Assembly: GCF_006345805.1 (NCBI RefSeq)
Contig: NC_042998.1
Span: 111,166,001 to 111,230,000 of the forward strand
Source of the DNA: Octopus sinensis
Lineage: Eukaryota
Length of the DNA stretch: 64,000 bases
Reading direction: 5' to 3'
The notes under the pieces were generated by a model, which did not search any database, was not told the DNA's origin, and saw nothing but the letters and a program-made list of their open reading frames with translations. Below, one piece after another: positions 1-13,505 of this stretch. Numbering within the stretch: the stretch's first letter is position 1; each line of letters starts with the position of its first letter. The position numbers and the translations under genes are program-made.

Positions 1-287
1 TACAAGCATTTACACATATGCACAAGACAGATATGTACTTGTATTTGTGCATATACATAAAAGGATACGTACGTTACACACACAAATACATACATACTAG
101 TATTTTTGTATATATTTCCATTTACATCCATTTATTCATGCATGTATTTATATATACATTTCTACACGGATGCCTAATTGTGCGCGCGCGCGTGTGTGTC
201 TTTAACGATGTATATATTTAGGTATGTGTTCACAAAGATACACATATGTTTGTATGAAACTGTGAACTAATATCTCATTCTGATATA

Positions 288-1548
288 TTGGGTCATCCGG
301 AAAGTTCATACCGATTTATAGTAGCTTACCTTTCGACTTATTTTAGAACATGGTTGAGTCCATAAAATAGGATTTGACTACATCTCCATTTAGAGCACAG
401 TTTAAGCTATCTTTTTGTGGAAGAAGGTTTATGTTCCTATAACCTGTGTTAATTCTGTAACCCTTTAAAATGGAAGATAAGAAAGTTCATTTTCAGCACT
501 TGATGCTTTTCTTTTTCCGTAAAGGGATAAATGCCCTACAAGCAACCAAAGAAATATGCGCAGTTTACGGTGATGTTTCTTTATCCGAAAGAACTGTACA
601 GAAGTGGTTCGCAAGGTTCCGAGTAGGAGACTGTAGCCTTATTGATAAAGAGCGATCAGGCAGATCATCGACTACAGATGATGACCAAATCAAGAGAATA
701 ACCCCCATTGCACAACCCGAGAATTGGCAGAAGGCCTCAACCTATCAAAATCCGTCGTTCATAAGCACCTGGTAAAGCTTGGGTACATAAATCGCTACGA
801 TGTTTGGGTACCACATGCGTTGAGGGAGAAGAACTTTTTGGATTGTATTTCCATCTGTGATTCGCTTTATAAACGGAATGGAAACGCGCCTTTTTTAAAG
901 CAGATTGTAACAAGTGATGAGAAATAGATTATCTACAGAAATGTTAAGAGAAAGCGATCCTGGAGTAAGCGACATGAGCCACCCTGAGCCAAACTAAAAG
1001 CGAGTCTTCACCCTAAAAAGTCTTGCTTTGTGTCTGGTGGGATTGGAAAGGATTTCTTTACTATGAGCTTCTCCCAAGTAGCCAGACAATTAATTCTGAG
1101 AAATACTGCACACAGAAATCAGAAATTCAAGAGAAACTTCCAGAATTGGTCAACAGGAAGGGTGTTGTTTTCTAACATGATAATGCAAGACCGGACGTTT
1201 CTTTGGGAACCAGACAAAAATTGCTGCAGCTCGGCTGGGATGTGTTACCCCACCATCCACATTCACCAAATATTACTCCTTTGGATTTTCACTTATTCAG
1301 GTCTCTGCAGAATAGTTTTAATGGTAAAAATTTCAATTCCTTGGATTACGTAAAAAGATACCTTGATGAATTCTTTGCCATGAAACCACCTCAATTCTGG
1401 GAAGAGGGTATTTTCAAGATAAAGGATAGATGGAGACGCATTGTGCAACAAAATGATTCATATTTGTTTTTTTAAAAATGTAATGGCAAGTATTTATTGA
1501 CCTTTTTCTTTCCTTTAAAAATCAGCACGAACTTTCCGGACAACCCAA
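288..1548 (+). mobile_element. Mariner (Tc1/mariner) DNA transposon, full length, decayed
   Basis: Imperfect ~30-bp TIRs: ttgggtcatccggaaagttcataccgattt (288-317) and aaatcagcacgaactttccggacaacccaa (1519-1548). TA precedes the left TIR. The TIRs enclose transposase fragments. Confidence 0.92.
470..1475 (+). pseudogene. Mariner transposase, frameshifted and with stops
   Basis: ORF pieces give an HTH region (QKWFARFRVGDCSLIDKERSGR), WVPHAL (the WVPHEL motif), VTSDEK (first catalytic D) and HSPNITPLDFHLFRSLQN (the YSPDLAPSDYHLF motif), split over three ORFs. Confidence 0.9.
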
Positions 1549-2451
1549 AATATTTCTTTAACACATACATATGTTGACGTATATGTGGGTGTATATGCAT
1601 ACCTGAACTTGTACACTCTAAATAATTATTTCGTTCGTAATGTTCAAGTCTTTTGCCGTTAAATTTTCAATGGGAAAAAATATTTCAGGCACTTGTATCT
1701 ACTGTACCCCAAAATCAGTGACAATATCTCTATGTGTACACGTGCCCTGCTAGAAATAATAAATAAATTATCTTCAAATCTGATTTCTTTCAAAACAATT
1801 TTATAAAAGCGGGACATTTACAGTTGTGACATTTTTTTCCGTAACTTTATATGATCTAGGTGAATATGGAATTAAACAACGACTACCAGTATTAACATTA
1901 TAAGATTGCTACAAGCAAGGAAATCACTATGAGATTAAATTTTTAGCAAAATATAGAAACCTAAATTCTTTCAAATCACTCTTTATCGTTTTAAAACAAG
2001 AAGAACAAATAATGTTGTACTAGATAAATTATCAGGAGTGGAAATAGAATATTTAGCGCTCTAGGCTAGCTCTTCAAAAAACGTCTCCTTCCACTTATGA
2101 CTGTTTGCTAAATGCATCACCTTATTAGTGAGATTTTGTAGTTAGAAATTACAAGAAAGTGTGTCGAATGGATTGTAATTTTTGGCAGACTTAACCCTAT
2201 TTTAACACCGCAATTTTGTCTTGCAATAATTGTTATGTAGTCCGGTTTAATGTAAGCAACTAAACCAGGTATATTGTCCCAAAATACTTCCCCCCCATTC
2301 TCCCTTGTATCCACCATTCTCTGCTGCCCCGAAAAAACGTAATCGACATTGCAGTTAAGCCTTCAAAGAAACAAAAACAAAACTTTATTCACTGTAATTC
2401 AATTCCACAACTTAACTCAACATTCCATCACTGACTCCAAATACGCACCTC

Positions 2452-2571
<120 letters not shown>

Positions 2572-2914
2572 GCACGCACACACACACATATATATGCATA
2601 TATATATTCCTTTACCTTATGAATATAATAAGCTCTCTAGCCCTCATTTATTTAACATAATTGTCAATTTATTTATTTAGGTACATCAGTTGACAGTAAG
2701 AGTTTCAATATGAATTCCCCTATTTGATTAATATTATAGAATCGTTTAATTTTTTATATTGTCTTATTCCCATATTGCCTATTTAATTATATTTATTTGG
2801 ATTTATTAAACGTATATCTATTTTTATAATGTCTATTTAATTTTATTTATTCGAATTTATTAAACGTATATTTAATCGTGTGTGGACAACAAAACTTTTT
2901 CTCTCTCTCTCTCT

Positions 2915-2998
<84 letters not shown>

Positions 2999-3045
2999 TA
3001 AATAAATAAATGGAGTTGAACGAAGATGTTAATAAAATTCCTTTA

Positions 3046-3127
3046 CTTTCGACATATGTTTCGAAGATAACATGGTTTCATTCTAAAGGAATAAACGGTG
3101 TAAAATGCAATCTTCTCACCAGGAAAG
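3046..3127 (-). ncRNA. Minimal type I hammerhead ribozyme motif, core mutated (CUGGUGA)
   Basis: Minus strand reads CUUUC-CUGGUGA-GAAGAU-(41 nt)-AUCUUC-GAAAC-AUAU-GUC-GAAAG. Stems I, II and III all pair; A6 is G. Confidence 0.6.
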
Positions 3128-3218
3128 GAAGAAAGAGAGCCTCTCTCAACAACAAGACATTATAACAATTACGATAATTGTTATAATGTCTTGTTATTGA
3201 GAGAGGCTCTCTTTCTTT

Positions 3219-3511
3219 CTTTCCTGATGAGAAGATTGCATTTTACACCGTTTATTCCTTTGGTATTTAAATGGCAGTTGACATGTCTGTATAAGAACCT
3301 TCATTTGAAATTGTGTGATTCCTGAATTTAGACTAAAATGTGACATCTTGCGTTAGAGTCTTTCTCTGATTAACACGTATTGACAGAAATTCAGTAACAC
3401 AGAAATTGTAGGTAGACTCATTATATATATATATATATATAATGAGTCTACCTACAACATATATATATATATATATATATATAATGTTGTCTTCGAAACA
3501 TATGTCGAAAG
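3219..3511 (+). ncRNA. Minimal type I hammerhead ribozyme motif with intact core and a 252-nt loop II
   Basis: CUUUC (3219-3223), CUGAUGA (3224-3230), GAAGAU (3231-3236), then GUCUUC (3489-3494), GAAAC-AUAU-GUC (3495-3506), GAAAG (3507-3511). Confidence 0.62.
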
Positions 3512-3892
3512 TAAAGGAATTTTATTAATATCTTCGTTCAACTCCATTTATTTATTTATTCATCTATAACACACAAATTACTGCACATTAATCCGGAGTT
3601 TCTACCTTTGGATAGGTCGTTTCAACCGTGTTCTGACGGAATTTGCTACCCTGGTAACGGTTCATTGAATTTTCCATGTTAACGGTAAGCATAGGATAAT
3701 TCATTCCCCCATCGATATATATATATATATATATAATGAGTCTACCTACAATTTCTGTGTTACTGAATTTCTGTCACTACGTGTTAATCAGAGAAAGACT
3801 CTAACGCAAGATGTCCCATTTTAGTTTAAATTCAGGAATCACACAATTTCAAATGAAGGTTCTTATACAGACATGTCAACTGCCATTTAAAT
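3265..3892. repeat. ~158-bp inverted duplication (3265-3422 and 3735-3892), each arm abutting (TA)n
   Basis: atttaaatggcagttgacatgtc...gtagactcatt against aatgagtctac...gacatgtcaactgccatttaaat. A short third copy at 3441-3457 makes a hairpin around (TA)n. Confidence 0.9.
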
Positions 3893-5108
3893 TCTTAAGA
3901 GTTTCAATCCCATTACGGTAGATTTCGCCTTTTATTATTTCAGACATTCTGTGGTGATCAGGAAAATACTATGAATAAAATAGGATCAATATAGACGACA
4001 ACTTAATTTTCTCCAGCATTGTAGGCCCTACTAATACTTGTATCTGTATTTGAACCACAAGTGTCTTAGCCTACAGGTCAATATTTTCTAATCTTACATT
4101 ACTAAGATATCAATTAATATAAACCTGTTAAGTGCAAATACAAAAAAGTGCATTTAATTTACACTGAAGAATATAAAGTTTAACTTTAATGTTGTTGATA
4201 CTGCTGCAGCTTGATTGTCATATCATTTCAGTAGTTTAATCCGAAAAAATCGTGGTCATATTTTGTTTTAATTTCATGATCAAAATCATCAAATAAGGTA
4301 CTCATTTTATCTAAAAATCTGTTTTTCTTTTAATATTTGCAGTGTTCTTGTAGTATTATTCAATATTTGTTGATTTTAGGGAAGTTAATGAAACGATTAA
4401 ACTGCAAGCCGCAAATAATAAAGTTCTAGAATTTCGTTCGCACGCATCGTTTAATAGAAGTAAAAGTTAGTATTCTTTTCTCTCCCCTTTCATTGCTAAT
4501 TACTACTGTGGTTGATCAGAAATCTAAACAGTGCAACAGCATAAGGTTAAGAAAATTTTCCTTTCACTGAAAATGGAAGAGATGTGATTGCTTGATCGTT
4601 TATTTAGAGATGATAATTTATGCAGAATTCTTTGAAAGTATTGTCGGTATCTTGAAACAATACAAAGTGTTTTAATCTACTATTCATTTCACAATATGGC
4701 AATAGAAAATACATTTTTACTGGGAGGTACATCCATTCCCACACAGAATCACATATAAGTACACACATGGGCTTCCGCAAGAATTTAATCAGTGCAGCAA
4801 TATTGATCAAAGCTTTTATTTAAGTGCATATAATAGAATGAACTATTCGATGAGTATAGCTCTGTAGGCTTAATAATTCTTCTATGTTTTTCTCTGTTAC
4901 ATTTGGTTCATAGCAATAGTTTTACAATCGACTTCTATTTCGTCTTTAGCATTTTGATATTGTGTATATTATTTCTCTTGACAACATAATGATGTGGCTT
5001 CATTTTGTGTAATTATTTCGTGAGGCCTAGAAATATTAGCACAGTTGAATACCCAATCGGATGATTATGTAAAACGGGTAGATATTGCTAGATTCCTGTG
5101 TATGATAC

Positions 5109-5144
<36 letters not shown>

Positions 5145-6740
5145 ATGAATACAATTTTATGTGCTTATCTAAAAATGTACTTGTACAGACATTTCTGCGT
5201 TCTTGTGCGCATGTTTCTTTATATAATGTAGTGCAAGTATCGTGAGTCATAAATATATGCTGTCGAAAAACTTTAAATGCACCGAACGCGCTTGAATGCA
5301 AAGCGAGTTACTTTGTTTTTCATACTGACTTACATATTGCAAGATTTTTCATCTCGTAAATAACAAAATTGTTTGTAGAATCACTAGACATCTGTATGAA
5401 ACTGAATGATGAGATTGAAACATGTTCCCAGTATGTGTATGTAAACATATTTCCATGTATAGAGAGAGGCAAAAAGGTCGAGCGACTGATTTAGCTACCT
5501 ACAATGACCTTCCATGTACTCCCAGATATTACTTTATCTATTATGGTGTATTGTCCCAGTTACTAATTTATTTATTTATTCCTTTGTTATTTTTCTCTTT
5601 ATTTACTCATTGAAATCTCTACGAACCCAAGTATTTTGAAGCATGTTAAATATACTATTCTATCCTACGTAGTAATTCATCCTACGCTTTCCTCTCCTTA
5701 ACTTTGCTTCCTGATCTCAACTCAGAATGACCCTTACTACATATTGTTATGCACGTACATGCACATACAATCACACACACAATGCCCAACTTGTTCTGTT
5801 GTTTGCCTTTGTATTGTTATTGTTCTTGCTGCTTTTATTACTGACATCTTGTCCCGTATCAATGACAACCATGACCTAAATTATTCTAGCCATCACCACC
5901 CTGTAGTTTTCCAAATAATGTATCATTAGAAGGAGTTTTGGTTGCTATTTCCAGCAAATCGAGCGTATGCTTAGTATCCTGTTATTGATGTAGTTATAGT
6001 TGGGTTTTTAATGAAAAGTAACCTTGATCAAAGGTTTTAAAAGTACAATGTATCTAGGAATACGTTATCCAATATGTTCTTTTAAAAATACTTAATGAGA
6101 GTAATTTGAGGAAATTTAGCTGCTATTTCTAGCAGCTCATGCCCTCACACAGAGACGTTCTCGTTCGTTCGTGGAGTTTTTATAGATATCATACTCAAAT
6201 TCATTAAATTAACCGAGTAAAGTCAGTCTAAATATTAGACTACGAAAATGCTTGGGTCAGAAGTTTCTGTTCACACAAGCACGTTTCGAAAAATAATATT
6301 ACATCTTTCATTGACAGTGACAGGTTCATAGGAAGAATGATTAGTTGGTGGTTTGTAATCAAAGACATTATTAATATCAAGTTCTGAAGATATTTTTCGC
6401 TATGATTCTCTAAAACTAAGGACTGCAGGAAATTAACTTGCTAATGGATGTAGCCTTTCAGAGCAATATTCACGATCGGTAATGAAACATTGAGTAGGGT
6501 TTGAAGATGTTATAAAGATTTATGATTTTATTATTTTGTAGTTATAATATTTATCCATCCTATTCAAAATTGTGGCAACAATAGAGAATATTTATTCAAT
6601 TCATACTTCCCCTGTATAGGTGTAAATGAAGGAATTCTACCGTTAATATTCTGCTTAAGCCGATTTCTGCAGGAAAACGTGAGCAAGGAAGGAATTCTAG
6701 AGGCGTGATCCTCTGACTAGAAAGTACTAGATATCGTCGT

Positions 6741-7081
6741 GGCACTCCGTCGCTTAGGACGACAAGGGTACCATTTGATTCGATCAACGAAACAGCCTGC
6801 TCGTGAAATTAGCGTGGCTGAGCACTCCAGAGACACGTGTAGTCCTCGGAGAGATTCAGCGTAACACAGAGTGTGACGAGGCTGGTCCTTTGAAATACAG
6901 GCAGAATAGACACAGAAAGAAAGTGTGAAAGAAAGTTGTTCGCCACTACCCACTGCCGGAGCTACGTTGAGCTTTAGGTGTTTCGCTCAATAAACACTCA
7001 CAACGCCTGATCTGGGAATCGAAACCGCGATCCTACGACCACGAGTCCGCTTACCTAACCTCTGGGCCATTGCGCCTTCAC
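6741..7081 (-). mobile_element. tRNA-derived SINE
   Basis: Minus-strand head gtgaaggcgcaatggcccagaggttagg...ggtttcgattcccag has Pol III A-box and B-box-like motifs. The tail is shared with 28370-28530. Confidence 0.8.
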
Positions 7082-10000
7082 TCTAGTCGTTTGTGCTAGA
7101 CTTGCAGGTCGGTACAGTATGGCGATTTAGAAAGTTCGGAATATTGAGTTGAGGTGGATAAGACTAGACACCAACGATTTACAAGAACAGCTATAGAAAT
7201 GATATGATAGACGAGAGCGGGATGACTGCTTGATTGCAGTTGTGATGTTAACGAGCGACCACATACGACTTTGCCGAGTACCCTTTTCTCTATGTAGCCT
7301 AAGCTTTCAGTCTGTGTAACAACAGTATCGTCTCGGCGACGTAAGTTGTACTCTGTTGTGGGTTTCATCTGAGATTTGTCGAGGATAATCATGTTTTGGA
7401 GTTTGTAAACGATTACGCTTTGCAGTTGTTGTTGTTGACAATGAGAACTCTTCAGTGATAATCTGAAGAGATCGTGAGCGTTCTAGTGGTGTCGAGTTCA
7501 TCTTTAAGGTGAAGTATATTTCCTTGGTATGTGTGGTTATTGTTTGCAAGTATGTATGTGTAAGCAAGTTTCCTTCATACTGAGTAAATGCCAAATGAGA
7601 TGGAGTTACTGTAGAACTTTATCCGAGTGACCAAGAATTTATGGAATATATTTACTAATGGCTATCGTCGTAATACCATAATTAGCTGCGCGTTTTACAG
7701 TTTTCACATTTGGAAAATATTGATTAATGGCATTCAATACCGGTGTAATGGCACTATAATGCCAAGATATAATTTATAGAATGAGATTTATATAAATTTG
7801 GTGCACGAGTTATAGAAATTAAGGTGGAGCGTTAAACCGCTTGTAGAGAGACGGTGAATATTCTATAATAGTGGGATGGTACTTTTGTTTAGTGATAAAA
7901 GCGTTCATATAGATTTACGAAGGATATAATTTCGACAAAATCTCAGATTTCCAGTAAACTGAAGGTTTCCGCTGGGTTCAAATAGTTTATAGAATTCCTC
8001 AGAAAAGTTCATTATGTTGTAATGCATTGGCAAGTACAGAATCTAATTTGTTATTTTTATCTATATTTTATCATTTAATCTGAAGACGATGTTGGCTATT
8101 GATGGAGAAAAGGGGATGTATTTTCTAGGCTAGAATGCTTAAAGTTCCCAGTCTACCCATGGGATAGATAGTAGTCCGAAACCGAGAAACAATTTAAGTT
8201 TACCATTCAAGGATACACGTCGCTTCAGATGATTTTCTAAAGTTTTCGTCTACGAAAGATAATTGTCAATAATTTTTTGATTAATGGCATTGGTGTCATG
8301 CAGTGAGACTGAACTCCATACCTCATTGTTGCGAAGTCAGCTTCTTATCAATACGTCTATACCTGCACTATGCCGAACTTCACGATCTCTTGCAATGACT
8401 ATCTTATTAATTTCTAATACCACTGACTTTTTCGAAATATACGAATATAATCAGTAATTTTAATGCCACGTATAATGGAAAAATGAATGATATTTTCTGT
8501 GGATAGGTCCTACCTTTGACATCGCTCCTATTGTTTTTGTTGTTGTCGACGATGATGCTGTTAGCGTAGCCAAGTAAGCTTTAATCAAGTAATTTTTACC
8601 TCAAAAGCTTTCCGGTTGTACCCAATATGTGCATCTAGGACTAAATTCGTCGATGGTAGATTGTCATATTTGTGAAGGCCCAAGATATGTTTCATGGGAA
8701 ACATAATCGACAGTACGAACTTTAGAATATAAACATGCTACGTGTGAGTTGATTCCAATTTTATCACACAAATTTAAATTTTATAATTAAGACAGAATGA
8801 ACCAAAAAGACAGGGTATGTGTACCAAGAACAAGGAAATTCACAAAACGTTGTAGCTGCTTCAATGTAGTCTCTTAACCTACTAGAAATAGAAATAAAAA
8901 CTCTGAAATCACTCCTTTATAAAAATGGAAGGACACATATTATAGCGCATTCCTGTTTATATTATGTTCAATAAAAATAATGTGAAGGCCTTGGGTGAGA
9001 CCTCTTTATCAAAGGTATGTTTGATGAGGACTGACCTGGGTTGAAACAAAATTAGTAACGAAGATATTCAGACGAACGGATACTAAAGCTGAAGTGAAGC
9101 GACTATGGATATGAATATTAAATTATAAATATTCACGAGTTTACTTTTTCTTACCTATCTTTACTTGCAGCAATTTCATTTAATTTTCTCCTCTTATGTT
9201 AAATGTTTGGTGTGGAGACAACGGATCGGAATGTAGATGTTTAAATCTTTACGCCTCCATTCATATTAGATTATACTGAAAATGACTTGCCATACAGCTA
9301 TTTGGATGGTCAATAAAACTTTGGCAATATACTGTGGTAAATTCAATCGATTATTTAAAAACAAAAATATTATTTTGCCCATTAAAACGAAATCAATATC
9401 TTGTCAGAAATTTAAATCAATGCTGTTTTCTCAGTATTTTGAAATTACAAATTTGACATGTCTGCTTTAATATTGTTTTTATATACTCGTATATTAGTTT
9501 CAGATAACGATTTTATCATATTGCCACTGAGCTGTATGTCAGAAAACTAGAAAAATAATAGTATCTGTGTATCATTGTAGACCAATCTTTGAAGAAATAA
9601 TTTTTGAAAAGATATTTAATAGTGTCACCGGACAGATTCTATTAATAGCGTTGCTTCTTTCGCGCAAGAGAAGCTTAATATGCGAAGTTTACACGCAGCG
9701 ACATTTTAGTGTAAACACGCAATAAATAATTTATTCTTATTTTATAAGATTATTTTATCTAAATTATAAACTTTCAAATACGTAACCACTGGGTTTATAT
9801 TTTATATTCTATTTTATTTTTTATTCAATTTTTTATTTAATCTTATGATGCTATCTGTGCATAGTTCGGAGAATAGCGCAAAAAAACATTTTAGTATATA
9901 ATTAAACAAAAGAGCCTATTTTGGTATCCTTGATTCCAAAACAATCTTCGCAGTATTATCGATGCTGTTCCTTTATTTTTCACAGCATCATAATATTTTA

Positions 10001-11760
10001 GCGCCTTTTCTAGTTGTAAAACATTGAATGTCAGATTGACTGTAGAACAAATCTCTTATGAACTTTTCATGGCATTTAACTTTTATTGTAAACAAACTCC
10101 AGGAAATATTCGCTCTGTTGTTTGTTGAACTATGACATAAGAAAACAACAATGAATTACCTCTCCTAGCAGTATCCCCTCATAAATATGATTTATATATT
10201 ATTAATGTTTATTGACACCAGCATGAACATTAATACGCCAATAGTAGTCCTATAACTTTTTGAAACATTGTACTACGTTTCGTGGTTATTTTATGCAACC
10301 CTCGGGAAAGTAATTCAAATTTTTACGAAAAGATTTTCATTTTGCTTTGGCTTTTTCTACTGTTTTGTTATTTCACTTCCTTTTACTTTTTTTTTCTTAT
10401 TCCATGGCTTACCGAAATTCTAATCCCAAAATATGCAAAAAAGATGCCTTTTTTACTTAAATTTCTTGTAGTTTGACATGCTTGGAAATGCTTTGCCACG
10501 AGGAAGATGTGCTAATACTTCTTGAATTGATCCATACTTGGTTTGATTACCAATCACATGAAGCTGTAGCAGATTTTTTAATCATTACTTACATTTGTGT
10601 GCTAGTTTATAATCTCTGAGTCGTAACTATCGATACAAAACCGCCATCTTTTCCTTATTTATAAGTTGATATTCTGATATACAGGAATAAATAGATAGAA
10701 GCAAATATTAATTTCAGTTGAAATAATTGAAATAATTACTTTCCCTTTTTGAACGCTGAAACCATGTTTGGTGGAATTCCTATATTCTATTGTGTGTTCT
10801 AGTTATTAAAAGATTCTATATAAACAAAGACAAAAACATTAGTAGAAATGTGTTCGTTAATGTAATCCGCAGGCAGTTCGAAGGATTAACAGTAATCTTT
10901 TGGAAATGAATGACATTTACAACAATTTGAGATGACTTGAAGTAAATCTACGTTTTAAAGTTGTCCAACTGCTCAAAATATTTATAAACGTTTATAACTT
11001 TACTTGCCTAAGTTTACAATAAAATTTGGACATTGTTTGAATTTACTTCTGACCCTTTTCTTCTTGATCCAGTCATCTTTATATATTTCCCCTTAAACAG
11101 TATCATTCTAAGTCTATTTACTCTTCCTTGCACCAACTCCACCTCTCTGTCCCTCTCTATGTCCCTCCCTCTCCCTCTCTCTCCCTCTCTCTCCCTCTCT
11201 CTCTTCCCTTTATCCATATTTAGATTTCAACTGTTAATTCTTTATTTCAGATTATTTGTATTTTCCATTTCTCAACTTTAATTCTTAATTGTTTTAAACT
11301 TTTTATATTGTTATCTTTCTTTCAATTATCATATTCAATTAAACACTCTGGTTTCAAGTTTTATACCTCTTAATGGTTTAACTATATTTTCCTCTACAAC
11401 TTCTCTACAGAATGTTGTCTCATCAATTCAATTACCTCTCATTAATCTCAAAATTGCAGATTTGTTTTACTGCTTTACGTAATGGAACTAATTATTGCAG
11501 TTCAAAAAGTATCTTTCAAGTTCTTTGTTTTATTCTTTTTCATTTAGCTTTTTGCTTTAAATCTGTCACCTTTTAATGACTACTCGATGTTTTCGTTAAA
11601 TTTAATTTTTTATAAAATCCTGAAAAGTAGTTTCAGTCAAATTTTAAAAAAATGAGTACTTCATTTTATAACAATAACTACATATTGGTTCCATTAGAAG
11701 CCTAAATTTCTGTATTTTACAAATAAATGTGGACACTCACACAAACATATATATATATAC

Positions 11761-11762
<2 letters not shown>

Positions 11763-11826
<64 letters not shown>
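11763..11826. repeat. (GT)n microsatellite
   Basis: Seen directly. Confidence 0.97.
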
Positions 11827-11832
<6 letters not shown>

Positions 11833-12091
11833 ATGAATATATATATCCTATATTACCACAATATTAAAATACATCGATATACATAACGATATTTCGATAG
11901 ATATATTTATATGACATTATGCCAACAAATATCTCGAAATTATAGTCTAGCAATAATTATTTATTTTTATTGGATTTTATTTTCTATTTTATTATACTTT
12001 TACTTACGGTAAAAATTCATATCTATACTTTACATTATAACTATAAACACCTATACATTATATGATAAATACATATGCTTTACACTCTATC

Positions 12092-12145
<54 letters not shown>

Positions 12146-12559
12146 GTAGATATATCTGGGTGAGTGTTGTGTTGATATACGTGCTCATAAAGATGATAAA
12201 ACATTAACTGGAAACTCACTCATTACATATATAAGGAGATAAAATTAATTTTCAGATGGAAAATACTTACACTGAGTTTGAGTTTCATCGGTGACAAGCC
12301 AAATCATACTCTGAACTTTATAGATGTTTCTACCAGCTATATACTTCGTTTCATCATGCTGGTGGAGAACAATTCATAGGTGCAGCAATGTAAAATACAT
12401 TAAGAAGCATAGAATGTTGGCAAATCTTCCATACATTACATTAGCGCAATAAATAACTGTGTATTATATCAGTTAACCTTTATATATTATAGAGTGATCG
12501 GGTTAAAGTTGACAGTTTGCGTAAAAGGATAAGGAAACGCAATAACCTAAACAACAATA

Positions 12560-13085
12560 AAAGTATTTTAAAATATCAAAAAATATCAACATTATGACTG
12601 ACAGATAACAATTTATTCAAAGTAACCGCCTTCAGCTTCAACCACAGCCTGAAGACGGGTCTTATACGTTCTTTGCTGTGTCCCTGGGAAGTTCGAACAC
12701 CACCATTTTGGCATCGGTGTCGCAAGCAGAGCGATTGATGTATTTCGCAACTGCACCCCATACATAGTAATCTTTGCGATTGCAATAGGGTGAATTAGCA
12801 AGTCAGAAATTGGGGCTGGTGAAGTGGTAGAACATCTTCGACAACCACATCTTAATATTTACGGAGGTAATGCAAGGAGCCGAATCCTGCTGCCACACAT
12901 ATGACCATCTGGTCGTAATAATCTCTAGTCAGATATTGACTAGAGTCTTCAATAGCTTCACATAACCGATTGGATTGGGCCTAAGGCCCTTTTCAAAGAT
13001 GTGGGATGGGATGACGTCACACTCACTGAAGACACACTCAAAGGCAATCACATTTTGGGGGAAGATGGTTTTCATGATGACCATG
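12560..13085 (-). mobile_element. Tc1/mariner (maT/DD37D-like) transposase C-terminal remnant
   Basis: Minus-strand pieces VIAFECVFSECDVIPSHIFEKGLR and RLQAVVEAEGGYFE*. Homologous to 21185-21395 and 51100-51620. Confidence 0.7.
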
Positions 13086-13394
13086 TTATTTTAGCTTTAA
13101 CACAGTGATTCTTTGAATGTACGAATATTGTAAATACATTTCTACAGTTTAACAGTGACCTAATATTACATGGTACTCTTATTATCCATAACCAAACTAA
13201 TAAGTGAATATCTGCTAAAAATAACAACCAAATCTTCCTGCCGTTTTCCAAAGCAGAAGCAAATGCTCGATAACCTAACTCAGAATAGAAGACCTCATAA
13301 TCACACCTGGAGCGTTTTTAATGATCGATCTACTTTCTATGGTTACCTCTGAGCTAAACAACGTTTGTTCAAGCTTCTTACAATCTAGAATAAT

Positions 13395-13505
13395 TATTTT
13401 ATCGATTCCGAAAGCGTGAAAGGCAAATTTTACCACAGCAGAATTTGAACTCAAAGCATTATTGTCTGTAAATAAATGTTGCAGGCAATTTGTCCGACTC
13501 TGCTG
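13395..13505 (-). mobile_element. Degraded SINE fragment, same family as 18570-18805
   Basis: tttatcgattccgaaagcgtgaaaggcaaa...gcagaatttgaactca aligns by eye to 18680-18740. Confidence 0.55.

Larger units (their letters stand above)
2994..3563. repeat. Head-to-head inverted pair of a ~175-bp hammerhead-bearing repeat; right arm interrupted at 3262-3483
   Basis: 2994-3073 is the reverse complement of 3484-3563, and 3085-3170 is the reverse complement of 3176-3261, with a 5-nt centre (acgat). The few differences are transitions. Confidence 0.9.

Noticed and set aside
7096-7594. Two minus-strand ORFs, possibly the 3' end of an RTE-like LINE
   Set aside because: Only a faint DYPRQI resemblance and no diagnostic motif, so not supportable.
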